This document shows positions 1 to 14,219 of a stretch of 64,000 nucleotides of DNA, piece by piece. The position numbers and the translations under genes were made by a program. Position 1 is the stretch's first letter. The number at the start of each line of letters is the position of its first letter. The stretch comes from Perkinsus chesapeaki ATCC PRA-425 (taxonomy: Eukaryota > Protista > Perkinsozoa): the NCBI GenBank assembly GCA_013115145.1, contig JAAPAO010000032.1:58575-122574 (forward strand), given 5' to 3'. Below the pieces are notes generated by a model. The model was not told the origin of the DNA and searched no databases. It saw only the letters and a program-made list of their open reading frames with translations.

Positions 1-1983
1 ATGGTTGGTTGAAGATCCTACTAGTACAGTGTTATTGTCTAATATTGTTGTTGACAAGGTGATGTTCAAACTTCTAACCATACTTTAATCAATAGTTATC
101 AGTTACATATACCAGCCTCAAAAACATCAGGTTTTGTAGAAGTTCTCCTTCGTGATGACCTTTCCACTTCCCCCCCTGATAGTCCATATTATATTGCTAA
201 AGCTGAGTGGATGTGTCGTTTTCATGGAGTTGGACCGAGTATACAAGCAACAAGTGTATCCCTCTTAGATGGACAAATCATCTTCATAAGGTCAACAACA
301 ACAACGACAACATTGCTAGTTTATTAGAAGCTATGACCTCAACTCTTAGATGCCCTTTGCCATCATCCATTGGCCCCTTTATTGATGAATTGTACAGCAA
401 GAACTCTTTACCTAATACTACTGGTCTTGAGCTTATACCTATGCCATGGTCTCAACTAACTACAGAAGTCTCTCCAATTGGGGAGTAAGAGGAAATAATA
501 ATATGTGACATACATACATATATCTTGCATCCAGTTACCTCTCCAAATGGAAAATAGGTCCTATCCCTCTGTGTTCAGGGGGTATCGATACACCAAAGAC
601 TATTCCAATAATGATTGATGAATATCATCATAAGGAAATAGTGACTAACAGGACTTTGTTAGGAGAGGCTTTAATGAATCCGGCTTGTCACTGATAATTT
701 TTAGCGCAAGTATATCTGAGCCCTATCCACTTGCAATTTGTGCAATATACGACCCTAAACTGGAACCTAGTGTAGATCTAGGAGGCTTGGTTGGATGGAT
801 CATGTACCATCTCAGTATAAATATTGAGAAGATATCGATGTGAGACTATCATTAACAACACCTTTACAACAATCAAACGGTTTGTAGATATGCTATAGAT
901 ATGCGTGAACCACCATATGGCCAGATTGAAGAATTAATTTCAGATCTTTCAGTCGAGTGGCATTCAATCAATTCAACGCACGAAGTCGATACTGCTATGG
1001 TGATGCGGAAGCCTGACTCATTTAAATATCTTTCTTTAGACCGCTTGCTCTTGGTCTCTACGTGGCATAGCTCACAGAGTTGCCTTCCTTCAAGCTAATA
1101 TTGATTATTTAACTAACGAAAGAGGTAATGTTCGCTTATTGCTTATTAGTTTAGTGCCATATTACAGGCACTATCAGGAGCGTTACAAAGGACATCATCC
1201 CAAAGTTAACTGCTGCTGCATTTTCAATTCATGACGATAATGCCGCCGCAGTTATTGAGTTACCTCGATATGGGTATCTAAAGTGAATATATACACTTGA
1301 TAGTGATAGTAAGATACTTAACCTTAACGTCCTCATCACGGTACCCCTTGGAGATTAGTGATGTAGAGAGTGGTATCTCTAGATTGGGTATGAACAGAAG
1401 GTAAACGACGAGCCGAACGGACGTGTAACGTGGAGCGATTGAACGTATTGTAGGTTTGGCTCAATTATAGCACCACCAACAATAGTGGTGTATGTTAGTG
1501 TACATACTTCAAGTAACTATGCTGAAGGATTGTATTCATTTCATGTAAATACAAGACCAGGTTAGTAGTAGCTTTATGACATACTTGTAACATAAATGAT
1601 GTTAACAGGCACTCTTTATATAGATGATGTACCAGGAGAAGTGGTTCGGCTTAATTGTTATTGCATTCATAGAGAACGACTCTTGACAGTTGAATTGTAT
1701 AACAGCGGTGATCATATCACCCCGTGGTCTAAGATTACCATACAACACTTTAAAACTAAACTCGTGGATTTCAGGTCTTAACATCCGAAGAATTGAAATA
1801 TGTATATTTTTATTTAGGAAAGAGCTCAGGAAATATCGACAATATATTAACCAAAAAGATACTGCTAGAGAACATACCAAAGCTAATGTGAGCGTAATAT
1901 GGTTTATGATTCATCATTCAGTGTTCAGGATGTCTTACCCTCTACTTCGGACAACGATGGTGTTATGGGTATCCCGAGTATGA
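1..1983 (+). CDS. Multi-exon hypothetical protein, 5'-truncated by the window edge
   Basis: Open exonic frames separated by short GT-AG introns (WLVEDPTSTVLLSNIVVDK / ...AEWMCRFHGVGP... / EAMTSTLRCPLP... / DYLSKWKIGPIP... / DFVRRGFNESG...). No recognisable domain; 3' end approximate. Confidence 0.45.
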
Positions 1984-2503
1984 AACATGGAACTTTCCCG
2001 GCAAGCATGACCCATTCTGAGCTGTAAAATAATATTCTCTCAGTCCCAGCCTATATATTGAGTTATTATTGTCTTGAGGCTTTCTATTGTACTATTTGAT
2101 GCAACATAATAATTGTAACTTGTACTCTGTATAGTTCCGAGATGCGAGTATGTGCGTTTGTGACGCGGAAGTGATTAATTTATACTTTCAATGTAAACAC
2201 AAGCGATGATGTGATTCTAAGATTCAAAGGAGAATCAGACTGTTGGTCTAGTATAGCCTATGTTTAAGTAACAACTGCTTTAAACTTATAGTTAGAGGAC
2301 GCCGCCACTGTCATCACACTCAAACAGCTAGCCAGCACTACTTAGAATTATTATTGGAAATATAAAGTTTTAATGACGACTTTGACATACACAAACCCTA
2401 TGGGGTAGTTCTCGTAGCAGAAGAGTATTCGACGACGCTAAGTCATAACAAATCATCCACATCGTTAAAGACTTGCTAAGTGAACCCATTAACGACGCTT
2501 GCC

Positions 2504-3948
2504 TCAGGCTCTATGAAAAGGAAAAGACGGCTCCTTCAGAATTCCACAAACACCTGAAGAGGGAACTGTGTTATCCTACACTGCTTGGCAACTCACCATC
2601 TTCAGAGTCATCAATTGCTATCCTAATATAGCCGTCTTCACCCCATTTCTCGCCCCATGAGTTCTTCACTAGATAGTATCTGAGATAACTTACGTGTGAA
2701 TATAACTTCTTTATTATGCCACGCTTACGGTTGCTCAGAATTCATGTTGTACCCGACAAGTAAAGCACCATGGTTTATCGATGTCCCACAACCAGCTAAT
2801 TAAGTAGCACAAAGCAGTGTACACCAATAGTATTGCTGCTGCCTTACAATCGAGGACCCCTCCCTTATATAACTGAAATACACCTGTCCCATCAAGCCCG
2901 ACTGTCACTGGCCCAGCTTCTACAACGGCTTGCAGGAGACCTTTTTTGGATCCAGCCTTTACGATACGGTATCCAATGGTATGTGGCTGAACGCAGAGCA
3001 TATGAACATGAGCAATAGTAGAATGATGATGCACTTTCACGTCATTATCTTCGTTGGGTCATACCCAGTTGCTCACCTTAATAACCCTCTTCACTCCGGT
3101 GATGTTGCATGTACTCTGGCTGGCTGTATACGGGTAGTCCTTTTCGGATCCAAGACCATGGTCGTTGACGTATCGGAAGGCCTGTAGTTCGAGCCCACCA
3201 CGGCAGCCCCTGAGGTATTCCTTTACCGATTCACGCGCTATACCCAAAACATGGACTTATCTTACTGATTGCCATAAGGTGTCGAGCAGCTAACTAGCTC
3301 TTGCTCTGATAGAGATACAAGATCTCCTGTTACATTCTTATGAACTGCTTCAAGAGATCCTGGGAAAGGAATGATAGAGGTAGGACTGTTGCTTCTCTTA
3401 TACCAGTAGTCGAGAAAGCCCAACAACTTCCACAGTAACCTTGGTTCTTTACTCCAGTCACCCAACCTTTGTCGACATAGTTCATAGTGTCTGGAATGCC
3501 TGAAATCTGAGACGCGCTGTAGTTGGTTATAAGGAACCCTGAATTCTGAGATTAGAACTATAAGATAGGATTCTTACCAGAAGAGCGAAGATAGTTAAGG
3601 TATCCACCATAGAACCTTGATGTCATACGTTCCTCGAACTCTGCTCTTGTTAGATGAGTGAATGGAGTGATGCCGAGCTTGTAAGATAGACCTTACAATG
3701 CTTAAACTGTAGTAGGTAGATAGATGAAATACCTTGGCTATTAACTTCATTTATATACTCAATGTTGCTTTTGAATACTTCGAATCTATAGTCATCATCA
3801 GAACCAAAGTCGAGCTTGTGTCTGATGAAAGATCAAATGACAGAGTAATCAGCACTTCTAACTCTTTCTTGTATGATGCAAACATATCAATATCTTGAGT
3901 GCATCCCACCGCCACGAGAACGATAGAAAGTATTGAAGCTCGCATCAT
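2504..3948 (-). CDS. Cathepsin L-like cysteine protease (papain family C1A) with signal peptide and I29 prodomain, multi-exon
   Basis: Signal peptide [16 protein letters not shown]; ERFNIN-like [12 protein letters not shown]; GNFD-like GITPFTHLT; catalytic Cys motif [11 protein letters not shown]; [11 protein letters not shown]; GCRGG; catalytic His [10 protein letters not shown]; Asn motif [17 protein letters not shown]; stop TGA at 2504-2506. Confidence 0.95.
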
Positions 3949-4013
3949 GCCGAGGGGTTAAAAATGGCATTGTAGTTTAGTCTTCACGAGTTCAGCTATG
4001 TCACAATCGAGCA

Positions 4014-4021
4014 TGCATGCA
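4014..4021. promoter_or_regulatory. TGCATGCA palindrome (ApiAP2-type motif) upstream of the cathepsin gene
   Basis: GCATGCATGCA about 66 bp upstream of the cathepsin ATG. A related ACGCATGCGT palindrome lies at 57520-57529 upstream of TenA-ThiD. Motif match only. Confidence 0.25.
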
Positions 4022-4972
4022 AAGTAACGCCGCCCTGCTTCAACTCACGGGTTCTCTTATTCCACTTATTATATGGATTTTAATGTCCAATTTATGGGCT
4101 GTAAGACAAACTCAAATGGCATCAAATGGCGCTTAATAAAACTCATATATAATAAAACGTTTTCAGGGTTGCTCATTTGTTGAGTGTCATGATGCATGAA
4201 ACCAAGCGCCACGCACGTATCCGATTGCACTGTGCATCACGGTCTAATCACCCGAACAGTGTAGGGTACTAGACCTAGCTCCGGATGCTCGAATGTCTAC
4301 AATCGGCAAGGCTGTTAGACTGTTACATTCCGATGGCATACCACAAATGCCCGGGAGACAAATTGTCCACAATGGACAGTGTGACAATATTTGGGGGTGA
4401 CATCATGTGACTCATACTACGCTCTACCGACTCTCATTCCCAAATGAAAGCATTAATCGTTAGCAAGTTTCGGCCCTGAGATATGTTATAGCCATATATC
4501 ATCACCACATTGCCATGGTGCAATTGTATACATGGCATGACAAGAGAATCTCACCCAGGGGCTAGATCAAGTCTAGTAGAGTTTGCTTAGTAAGCCAAGA
4601 CTCGATAACAGCTCACTAAGGCCTTACTCATGTATTACTGCTGGTAGTAGCATGCATTACCGCTTTTTGTCGTTCGCTACAACTGAGCTCCTTGTTGGAG
4701 TTCTACTATCGAATTGCCACTCTACCAGTCCAGTCTAGTTACATCAGAGTTTACTAAGAAGTTTTTCTTTCCGGCGTGCTTAGAACGGCCGGTCGCTCGT
4801 CTAGTCAGAATTCAACAACATCACGTTCATGCTGCATTCGGGCTCCTACCCATCTATTGTCTACATTGAGCTTGTTGAGTTTAATAGGTAATAGTGTAAC
4901 GTGATAGGCGGAGTACTGGATAACACAACTAATGAATCAGGGAAGATATCTTCATGAATTTATTGAAAAGCA

Positions 4973-7040
4973 TTATTCCTTCAATCTAGTCCATGTTTGA
5001 TTACATTGCCATACAATCTTAATACAGTTATCTTTAACGTCGACACTGCCAGTAACAATACGTCCAGAATTAGTAAAGACACATCCAAGAGATTCCATAC
5101 TATCTGGTTCTATACCAACCATTATATCTGATAGACCCCATTTACCACTTAAAACATATCCACCTAATAAGATAACATTAAGATAGCAGCTGAGTAACTT
5201 AGTAATGAGTAATCACTTGATGATTTAACGGGATGGAATAATATTCCTGGAACGCCTACATGGGTATCATATGATCCAACCAATTGCTGAACTTTACTGG
5301 GAAATAATGATTCCTAATAATAAAATATTGAGTTGAATGAATAATATATTGAATAACACTGACCTCAGTAAGCAAGTCATTGCTAGATACATTACTAGTA
5401 GTAGTACTAGCAAACTCCTTACTAATACGTCTACCAATATCACACCAATTCTCATCTTCATATATTGCACCCAGAGATAGTTTTCTTTTAGATAGAGGTG
5501 AACATGAAACATTAGATCCTGGAGAATAGTCCATTCTAAAAACCTCTAAGGCATTATTCTTCTCATTCTTCTCACTGTTGGTTCTTGGTGTTAACATTGT
5601 AGTAGTAGTCTGATTTAGTAAATATACCATTATATACCTCATAACAGCATCACATTTACTTCACTTGTGTATAAGTCCTCGGTACTAATTCCTATATGTC
5701 TAACTCTGGTGGCAGGTGGGGGGCGACATGACGATGTTGATGATGATGATCTCCCACCTCTAGGAAGCTCTGCAATGACTGTTGCTAGTTTTTCTGCTAA
5801 AAGTCTGTTCTCTCTAGATTGTTTACCTACAATTACTTCTTATATCATACTTAGATGTGATAGATTGATGACCTATTCTCTCCCTCAGTTCTGCTATATG
5901 ACGTGATTGCTGTAATTTCTCATCCTGTAACTGAGCCACTAGCTTTGTAGTGTCATCGGTCATGTTGCAGGACAAGTCCTCATCAATGCTGCTGCTGCTG
6001 GTCCGAGTACCACATTGACATTTAGTAGATACCATAGTTGAGATGTTACCTCCAGTACTAGACTCTATTAATATTATTAACAACCAAACTATATATAGAT
6101 TAAAGCACCATGAGATAACGAACCATGTTATAATGACAACATTTCTCTTGCTTTTGTTCTTCTCTAATACATCTTTGATCAGCCCATAACTACATAATAT
6201 TCCCTTAACATAATATTAATCTCACTACTACTAACTACCTGCATCATTCTTGTTACTGCTGCAGTATTAAGAAGAGTATTATCAGTAAAGGAGCCTGGTA
6301 TTAGATATACATTAGGCCCTACTTTAACACCAAGTATAACATATTAACTATTAAATCTACCATTGTTATGATGATGCCGACTTCTTCGTCGTCGTTTACG
6401 TCCACGAAAGAAGCTTGTGGTGTCGTGATGAGGATGAGCAGCAGCAGCAGCAGCAGCAGCTGGTGGCTCTCCTTTAAAGGATGTTGTATAATTATGATGA
6501 TGATGATGTCCAATGGTTAGGAAATGGGTTATCGGAGCACCATGTTGTTGAATAATTAAGTTATGATGATCATTCATAATACTATTATATTACATTTACT
6601 AAAGTTAACTAAATATCATTATATTTACATCGATACTTCATATAGCATGATTGTTGCTCATCATTAATGTTGACATTCTCAAGTGACTATGTCTTAGATT
6701 ATAAATTACCTAAAATAGTAGTTACTATAATATCATTATAATTATCCATAATAATTTACCCTAAAGTATCTTTCAATACCAGCTATATTATTAATGGATT
6801 CACCATTAAAACTTCCTAACATACCCGTATGACCGCAACCACATCCCCCACCACCAGTAGGTATAACAAATATCGACGGACCTAATATACCTTATATGTG
6901 TTATTATTATACTGGATACAATCACCATGATGATGCCTATGATGATGACGCCTTCGTCTAAAGAATGCTGTATTTAATGATGTTGTAGCGTCATAATGAT
7001 CATGATGATAACCATTATGATGGGAAGTTAATAGTATCAT
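4973..7040 (-). CDS. Hypothetical protein (or two tandem paralogous genes) with a duplicated His/Arg-rich module and a coiled coil
   Basis: Exons: MILLTSHH...TAFFRRRRHHHRHHH|GPSIFVIP; ...TSFFRGRKRRRRSRHHHNN|GPNVYLIP; KLVAQLQDEKLQQSRHIAELRER; last exon ...IKIVWQCNQTWTRLKE* with stop at 4973-4975. Confidence 0.45.
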
Positions 7041-7675
7041 ATTAATAGGACGTTTACTATTACTCGCTCATTACTCAGCAACTCAGTTCAATTACTCAAA
7101 TCGGATTAACCGATTAGCTTGAAAGGCATGGCTATGAAGTTGAATCCAGTAATGGTCCAACGAAGGTGGCTATGACTCACTGCTATGGAGGAGTCTTGGA
7201 ATAACAAAAGGCAGCCGCAGATACGGGTTTGTGAGGCGTCATCAACCTACGTAGGTTACTCATATTGCAAGGTTTTTATTGAACTACGCTGTTGATCAAT
7301 TCTTTTGTATTTTATGCAGGTTGAAAAAACGAATTCACAGAGTTTCGACTATCGAACGACTATTTGGCGGAACGTAGTGAGTCGAAGTACCGGATGAAAA
7401 TTCCCTTAATAGGGAGCCGAGCGTCCCAATTTAAAGACATCCTAATATACTGGATCTTAGGACCTAACTTTATCTTAGGGAAGGCATAACGATTGTGAAA
7501 TGGGTATCTAAGGAGGTGAGGAGGACAACGATGTTGCGCTGAGCGAGACGAGTTGTGTGATTTATTCCGAAATAATCGTCGTGATTACTCTATTGTTATC
7601 TATCACTTTGTATTTTAGCCTGGTGACTTGTTGGTATTACGTTTGTAAGGTGTTTCTTCTCCTTCGTCTAGTAGT

Positions 7676-10600
7676 ATGCCTACAACTGTAGTAACACCTT
7701 CAGCATCATCATTAACATCTTCATCTGGTGGTGGGGCTAATAGGAATATTGTTGCAGGGCAGCAGCAACAATCAACAGGATCAGTGGCCACTTCAACAAC
7801 TGCTCCAAGGGTACCTCCTACTAGGGCTCAACCAGATATGAATAAAGAAAGAATGATGTTTATGTGGCTATCATTAGTTGGAAGAACAGTTGAAGTTAAG
7901 ATGCGAAATCAAACAATTTATCAAGGTATTTTATCTGGTGTTAAACCTGAAAAGGATTATGATATAGCACTTAAATATGCTAGAGAATTACCTATTAATA
8001 ATAAATTATCTGGTCCAATTCTGGATGAAATTTTAATTTCTGGAAAAGATATATCATCATTAACCGCTAAAGATGTACCTATAACAGGTATCGATTGGAA
8101 AAAAGTAATATATATTACTAGTTAACATTATTATTATCAAATTCATTATTAACATCAGGGGCCTCATTTAAGTGGATTTAAAACCGATTCGGAGATCCTA
8201 CCAAGAAGTAGTCTAGCTGGTAAGGAAAGAGTATTACAACGATGGGATAGTAAAACTGATGATGCGTAATAATAATAATTAGAGTGTTTCCTATTATTAA
8301 TCTATCAGTCTTGATAAACCATTAGAGAGCAGTTTCAATGATACTAGGGTTACTAAAGGTAATAATAATAAAGGTAATTATAATATATGGTATCGTAGGT
8401 GGTGCCCATTGGGATCAATTTGCCGTTAATGAAAGGAAATTTAATGTTAAGAGTACATATAATGAGGATCTGTAAGTTAGTATTATTTATTATTTGTAAT
8501 AATTATTATTAGTTATACTACTACTTTGGATACATCAAAGATATCACCGGAAAAGCAAAGAAGGGCTGAAAGGATTGCCAAGTAGGTTGTTTAATATATT
8601 ATTAATATTATTTATTTAGGGAGATTGAGCATTCCCAAAATTATGGTGCTAAAGAGGAAGGTACAGGTGTTGAAGATGAAGAAGCATTATTCTCGGCAGT
8701 ACAAGGTATTAGAATATATATGATTATAATAATACTATTAATTAGGAACTGGTGGTTATGCTAATCATAAACGATCACAGCAGCAACAACAACAACAAGC
8801 AAGTCAAGGCAGTCATTCTGGCGGCGGCGGCGGCCCTCAGCAGCAACAACATTCAAAGCCTCAATTATCTCCGGAACAGGTATCACATGACTTAATATAT
8901 TGTATATTATATGTTTTAGATATCTGAAAGAGCCCGTATGAAGGCAGATTTCGAGAGTAATCTTCGTATGCTAGATGCAGGTCATCGTTATCCCAGGGCA
9001 GCAGCGGCAAGTGCTGGGAATACAGTAATAATGAGTATAATAAGTGTTATGTATATAACATTATATATTATCAGAGGCTTAATGCCCTTAACTTGGAGCC
9101 TGCATCAGTTCGTGTTAGCCATTTAGGGCGTTCACCTAAACAAAGTAAGTATATTATTAAACTAATAATTATCATAAATATATCAGCATCAACATCACCT
9201 CGTCCACCACAACCATTAACTCAAGAGAATCTTAATAGTCATAATAGAGCATTAAGATACTCTGCAGTAGCTGCCGCCGCCGCAGCAGGTGGAGGAGGAG
9301 GGTCTACTGGACATAAAGGTGGACAACAAACACCTGGCAGTAAACATTCTATACTGGGAGTAATAATGATATACACTAATTGGTATATATAAGTATGTTT
9401 AGGCATCACCTGTTATAACAGATGCAAGGAAGCCATTACCACAATTACCTAATACAACTGCTGCAGCAGCAGGTGGTGGTGGGGATGGTGTATCCCCAAT
9501 AGTTACCGAAATGAAGGGTATTAATGCACTTAATCTTGAACCGGCTTTGCCTAAGTTACCTGAAAAAGAACGAGATGATTGGATATCTGGTAATGGTGGT
9601 AATAATCAAGGTAAAGGTAAAGGAGGTCGTGGAATAGGAGGGCAACAAGCAGCTTGGCAACAACAACAAGGTTCTGTTGATAATGGTACACCACCATTAA
9701 CAGCAAAAGGTGGTAAAGGGAAGGGAGGCGTTGCTACTACCACTGGTATTAAGTCTGGCCCTGCTGCTGCTGCTGGGAAGGGAGGAGGATCTTTAATGCT
9801 AGGATCACCACAAATTGGTTATCAATCTGGACAACAACAACAACAACATCAACCAAGTCAGCTTATGATGAATGCCGTTCAGAATGCACAAAGTGCTGCT
9901 GCAGCTGCTCAAATGCAACAACAGCAAGATGCTGGTAAACCCCCGGCTGGTAAAGGTAGAAAGACCAATCTTACCTTGGAGTCATCATCATCATCAACGA
10001 CAGTCCTTCCTAAACGAGGTGGATTCTCGTTCAATCCTAACGCTAATACATTCACACCAAGTACCGGTATGGCTGGTGGTAGTGGTGGACCATCTAGTAG
10101 TAGTGGAGGAGGAGCTCAAGGTGGTGCTACGCTTAATATTAATGTTACACCTGGTGGTAGTTTATCCGGAACATTGAAGAATATGAATTATGATGGTTAT
10201 GATAGTAATTCTGCTCAACAACAAGGTGGTCAAGGGGGATCTAATACTGGTAATAAGCAACAAAGTAATACCCAACAGCAAGGAAGACAACAGCAACAAC
10301 AACAACATGATCAACAACAAATGTATCAAGTTGGTGGACGTGGCGGTCCATTGCCACCTATGGGAGCACTGCCACATGGTAGTGCCACAGGTATGATACC
10401 ACCACCAATGGCTGGTATGATGGGAGGAGGAGGAGCTCCAGGTTCCAGTGGTCAAGGTGGCCCACCTATGGGTATGATGATACCAATGCCACCACCACCA
10501 CCCCCACATGCTGGGGGTTATCCAGCTGCTGCTGCATTTATGCCTCCAATATCATTACCTAATATAGCACCACCTCCATTCACACCTTTATGTGATAATA

Positions 10601-11466
10601 AATCATTAGATAAATCAACATTAATTGAAGTTGAGGATAAACTACTTGAATCAAATGAGAATGAGAATACCGCCGCAGTATCTATTGAATGGCCTGATGG
10701 TTCCAAATCGTCTAGCTATAAAGATATAATATCATCATCAGCAACAGCCGCAGTCCCACCAACAGTATTAGGAGCACCACCACCCTTACCTGGTGGTTAT
10801 ATGCCTATGATGCCTGCGCCTGGTACAGGGGCAGGTGGACCACATATGATTATGCAGCAGCAGCCTGGTGGAGGGGCAGGGGGACCTATGGGACCTATAC
10901 CTGGTATGATGATGCAACCAGGTGGTGCTGGGGCACCAATACCTGGTATATATCAATATCCAATACAGCCAATGCAAGGAGGAGGAAATCAACAAAATAG
11001 TGGTAATAATAATAATCAGCAACAACAACAAGGTGGTGGTGGTGGTATGCATATGGCACCCCCACCCCCTCCACCTGGTGGTATGTATGCGCCAATGTAT
11101 GCCGGTGGTGGTGGTGGTATGCCACCTTATTATGCTACTGCTGCATTACCGCAAGGTATGGAAGGAGGTGTTAGAGGTGGTGGTGGTGGTGCAGGAGGAG
11201 GAGGAGCATATATGATGGGACCATCTGGTGGTGTACTAATTACACCTGATAATAATGAAGGTGGACCAGCAGCTGGATTAATGCCAAGTCCACCGCCACA
11301 ACAACAACAAAGGGGTGGTGGTAGAGGAGGGGGATATTACGGACAACAACAAGGAGGAGGAGGTAGACAACAACAAGGAGGAGGAGGTCATCGTGGTGGG
11401 GGAGGAGGAGGAGGAGGAGGAGCATATCATACGCAACAACAACAAGGTGGTGGTGGTAACCAATAA
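7676..11466 (+). CDS. ATXN2: Ataxin-2 / PBP1 homologue (Lsm, LsmAD, PAM2, long Q/G/P-rich tail)
   Basis: Lsm domain LVGRTVEVKMRNQTIYQGILSGV; LsmAD HWDQFAVNERKFNVKSTYNEDLYTTTLD...RRAERIAKEIE; PAM2-like FSFNPNANTFTP; terminal exon about 650 aa of low complexity with polyQ/polyG. Confidence 0.92.
9511..11466 (+). repeat. Coding trinucleotide microsatellites (CAA/CAG, GGA/GGT, CCA) giving polyQ, polyG and polyP tracts
   Basis: Many runs such as caacaacaacaacaa and ggaggaggaggagga. Similar tracts recur at 22100-24500 and in UTRs and introns from 5000 to 30000. Confidence 0.9.
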
Positions 11467-12202
11467 TAGTAAGAAGTAGTGCATCTAATACTAGTAATGG
11501 TTACATCATAATAATATGATGGGTATTAGAAGGCAGCCGCAGCAGCAGCATCATCAGTATCATTATTAACCGGACTCTTGGTATTGTTATAACAACAATC
11601 ACAGTAGTTGTTGGTGATCCTATTGATGTTTCTGCCAATCATGATCGTCATCATCATCATCATCGTGCTTACCATTGTTATATTGTTATCTGTCTCCTTT
11701 TATTACTATTATCATCACATATTCTATATATTACCCATGATGATAGTAGTGCCTATGACACTACTGTGGTTAATACCAGTAATAAATGTTGATGATAACG
11801 ATAATAATGATGATGATGATGGCAACCAACAACAACATCCTTCTTCTTTTTAAACTCCTACCGAGATAATATGTTCTTCCTCAATAGATTAATAAGAGTA
11901 TTAAGTTAGTCAATTGGTGGGGGTGAGGTGGTGGTAGTTTTCTTTATACTACTCGATTGCACTACAGTATTGGCCTATCAACAAGATGTTATCAACAACA
12001 ACAACAACAACAACAACCACAAGCATTGATAATAATAATAAAACACTAAACGACACTAAAGGACTCGCTGCTATTTCAAACCCTAGACAACAAGAAGAAG
12101 AAGAAGAAGAAGTTGATGTTGTTGTTAATAGCGGCGGTAAATTGCAGCATGAATGATTATTATATATAAAGGAATAATCGCGTAGGTAAGGATAATAGCA
12201 CG

Positions 12203-13589
12203 ATGACAGTAAATGACTATGAGGATAACGAAAAGTCATGTCATGATGGTATTAATATACATAACTACTCATCATTTCATAATTCGGTTTATTAAGCGAT
12301 TATTATCAAGTCAACCTCTGATGAGACAGGCCCAACATCATTGATGATCGTTGATGGTGATACTAATCCAAGATATATACCATTGGCAATACGCCATGAT
12401 GAGGTTGAAGTTAGTAGACATCAAAGGTTACTTAAAACTAAGTATTATTGTAGCATAACTGCTGGTTTTGTTGTTATTCACTGCTGCTTTAGATTTTGCC
12501 GGTATGGTCCAGACTGTGAGTTTGCTCGTAAAGGCCAATGCTTCTATGTTCATTCACCACAAGAATTGAAATATAGGCCACCAAAGCCGCAGGATTATCC
12601 AGTAATAAATACTTATATTTCTACTAGCTCATTTTATTAATATATCTTAGTATGGCAGAGATAGGATTAATGATAATAATAATACTACAGGATACCAATA
12701 TTACTTATCTTATGGAATCAGTGGTGAATATGATTATAATGATGATATGTATTATGATGATTATCAATACGATAATTATACTGGAATGGTATTAATGTAT
12801 TACATAACTGGTATACTGTATATAATTAATATTAGGGTAATATAGATGATATTAGTATACCTCTGTATACAGAAGATAACAATAACATTAACAACAACAA
12901 CAACAACAACAATCAGCAGCCTCAGCAGCCTCAAGGTGGGCTGCCCATAGAAAGACGATTCTCAGACTCTTTGGATAATGATGGTTATTATGATGATGAA
13001 TATGTAAAGGACTTTTATACCAGTAATTGAAGATGTATGTAACACCTATCTCATCCTTTCACTTAAGATCTTTCTGCTCGCCGCCCTGCTACTGCTGACC
13101 CACCACGTACAATCTCTACCGCAGCAACACCGGCAAGTTGTTCAAGTCCGATGCTTATTACAAACCGATCAAATAATGATGTTACAGCCCAAGAGCCAGC
13201 ATTAAGAGCTATGGAGATAGCGATTCAAGTTAGTCCAGTATGATGATGATGACGATGTACTCGGTGTGTGTATTAGATACGCGATTTCGCGAGAACCAAC
13301 GATCGTATGTTATTATTGCTACAAGCGTTGTCAATACTTGGGTGTAGTACTGAAAATGTTACAGCTCATCATCTAAGTGGTTGGAAGATGGGTGAAGTGT
13401 TTTGATAATATTCGTTTAACATCAGGTGATGATGGAACTACAACTAATCCACTGCTTACTGCTTTGGCTCTATTTTATGCATCCATCACTGCTGCTACTA
13501 CTACAACAACAACTACTACTGCTGCTGCTGCAATACCATCTGATACCAATGGAGACAAGGATGGCACAACCCCTGTAAAATGGAAGTAG
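12203..13589 (+). CDS. Single CCCH zinc-finger protein, multi-exon
   Basis: Spliced reading LKTK|FCRYGPDCEFARKGQCFYVHSPQELKYRP followed by low-complexity exons ending ...TPVKWK*. Start codon uncertain. Confidence 0.65.
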
Positions 13590-14219
13590 AATTATCATAT
13601 ATAAAGCATTGTTAGTGATAGGCTATCCCACCAGGATTACCTCCTGGATTGGGTGATGGAGGCTCAGGCTGTGCTCAACAATAGATGTTATTATTTTCGT
13701 ATGTGTTATATTTCTACTCTGTTGGTTGTGTATGTATAGTCTGCATTTGTAGTGATGTGTGTATTCTTTTTTATAGATGTTCTTATTATTAGTATAAATC
13801 ATCATTATGTCGTAATCGACTATGTCTAATCTACTATCACGACATGAGTATTATCATCATCAACAACAACAACACCAGCAGCATTGTTGTGTAGTGAGTA
13901 AATCTGCATGTTGTTATAGTCTATTAATAGACATGTACTTCTATCGTACTTTCTATTGATGGTCATTTACTTTTATTCTTGAGTTAATGATAGTATCAAA
14001 ATACATGATATCAATAATACTAAGAAATATTGATAAATTATATCAGATAGAAAAGAATAACCAATTACACCGGTTGGTACCGAATATGTAATTTCCGAAT
14101 TAACCTCATCGGAAGATGGGAACTAGTAACTCAACATTGAGTAGTTATAAAATGTGTAATTTCACATGATACTATCAACATCACTTTCGGCGTTGTTGTT
14201 GTTGTTGTTGCAGTTGCAA

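Noticed and set aside
9872-12239. Numerous overlapping short ORFs rich in polyH, polyL, polyS or polyV
   Set aside because: They are alternative-frame and antisense readings of trinucleotide microsatellites in the ataxin-2 tail and flanking UTRs.
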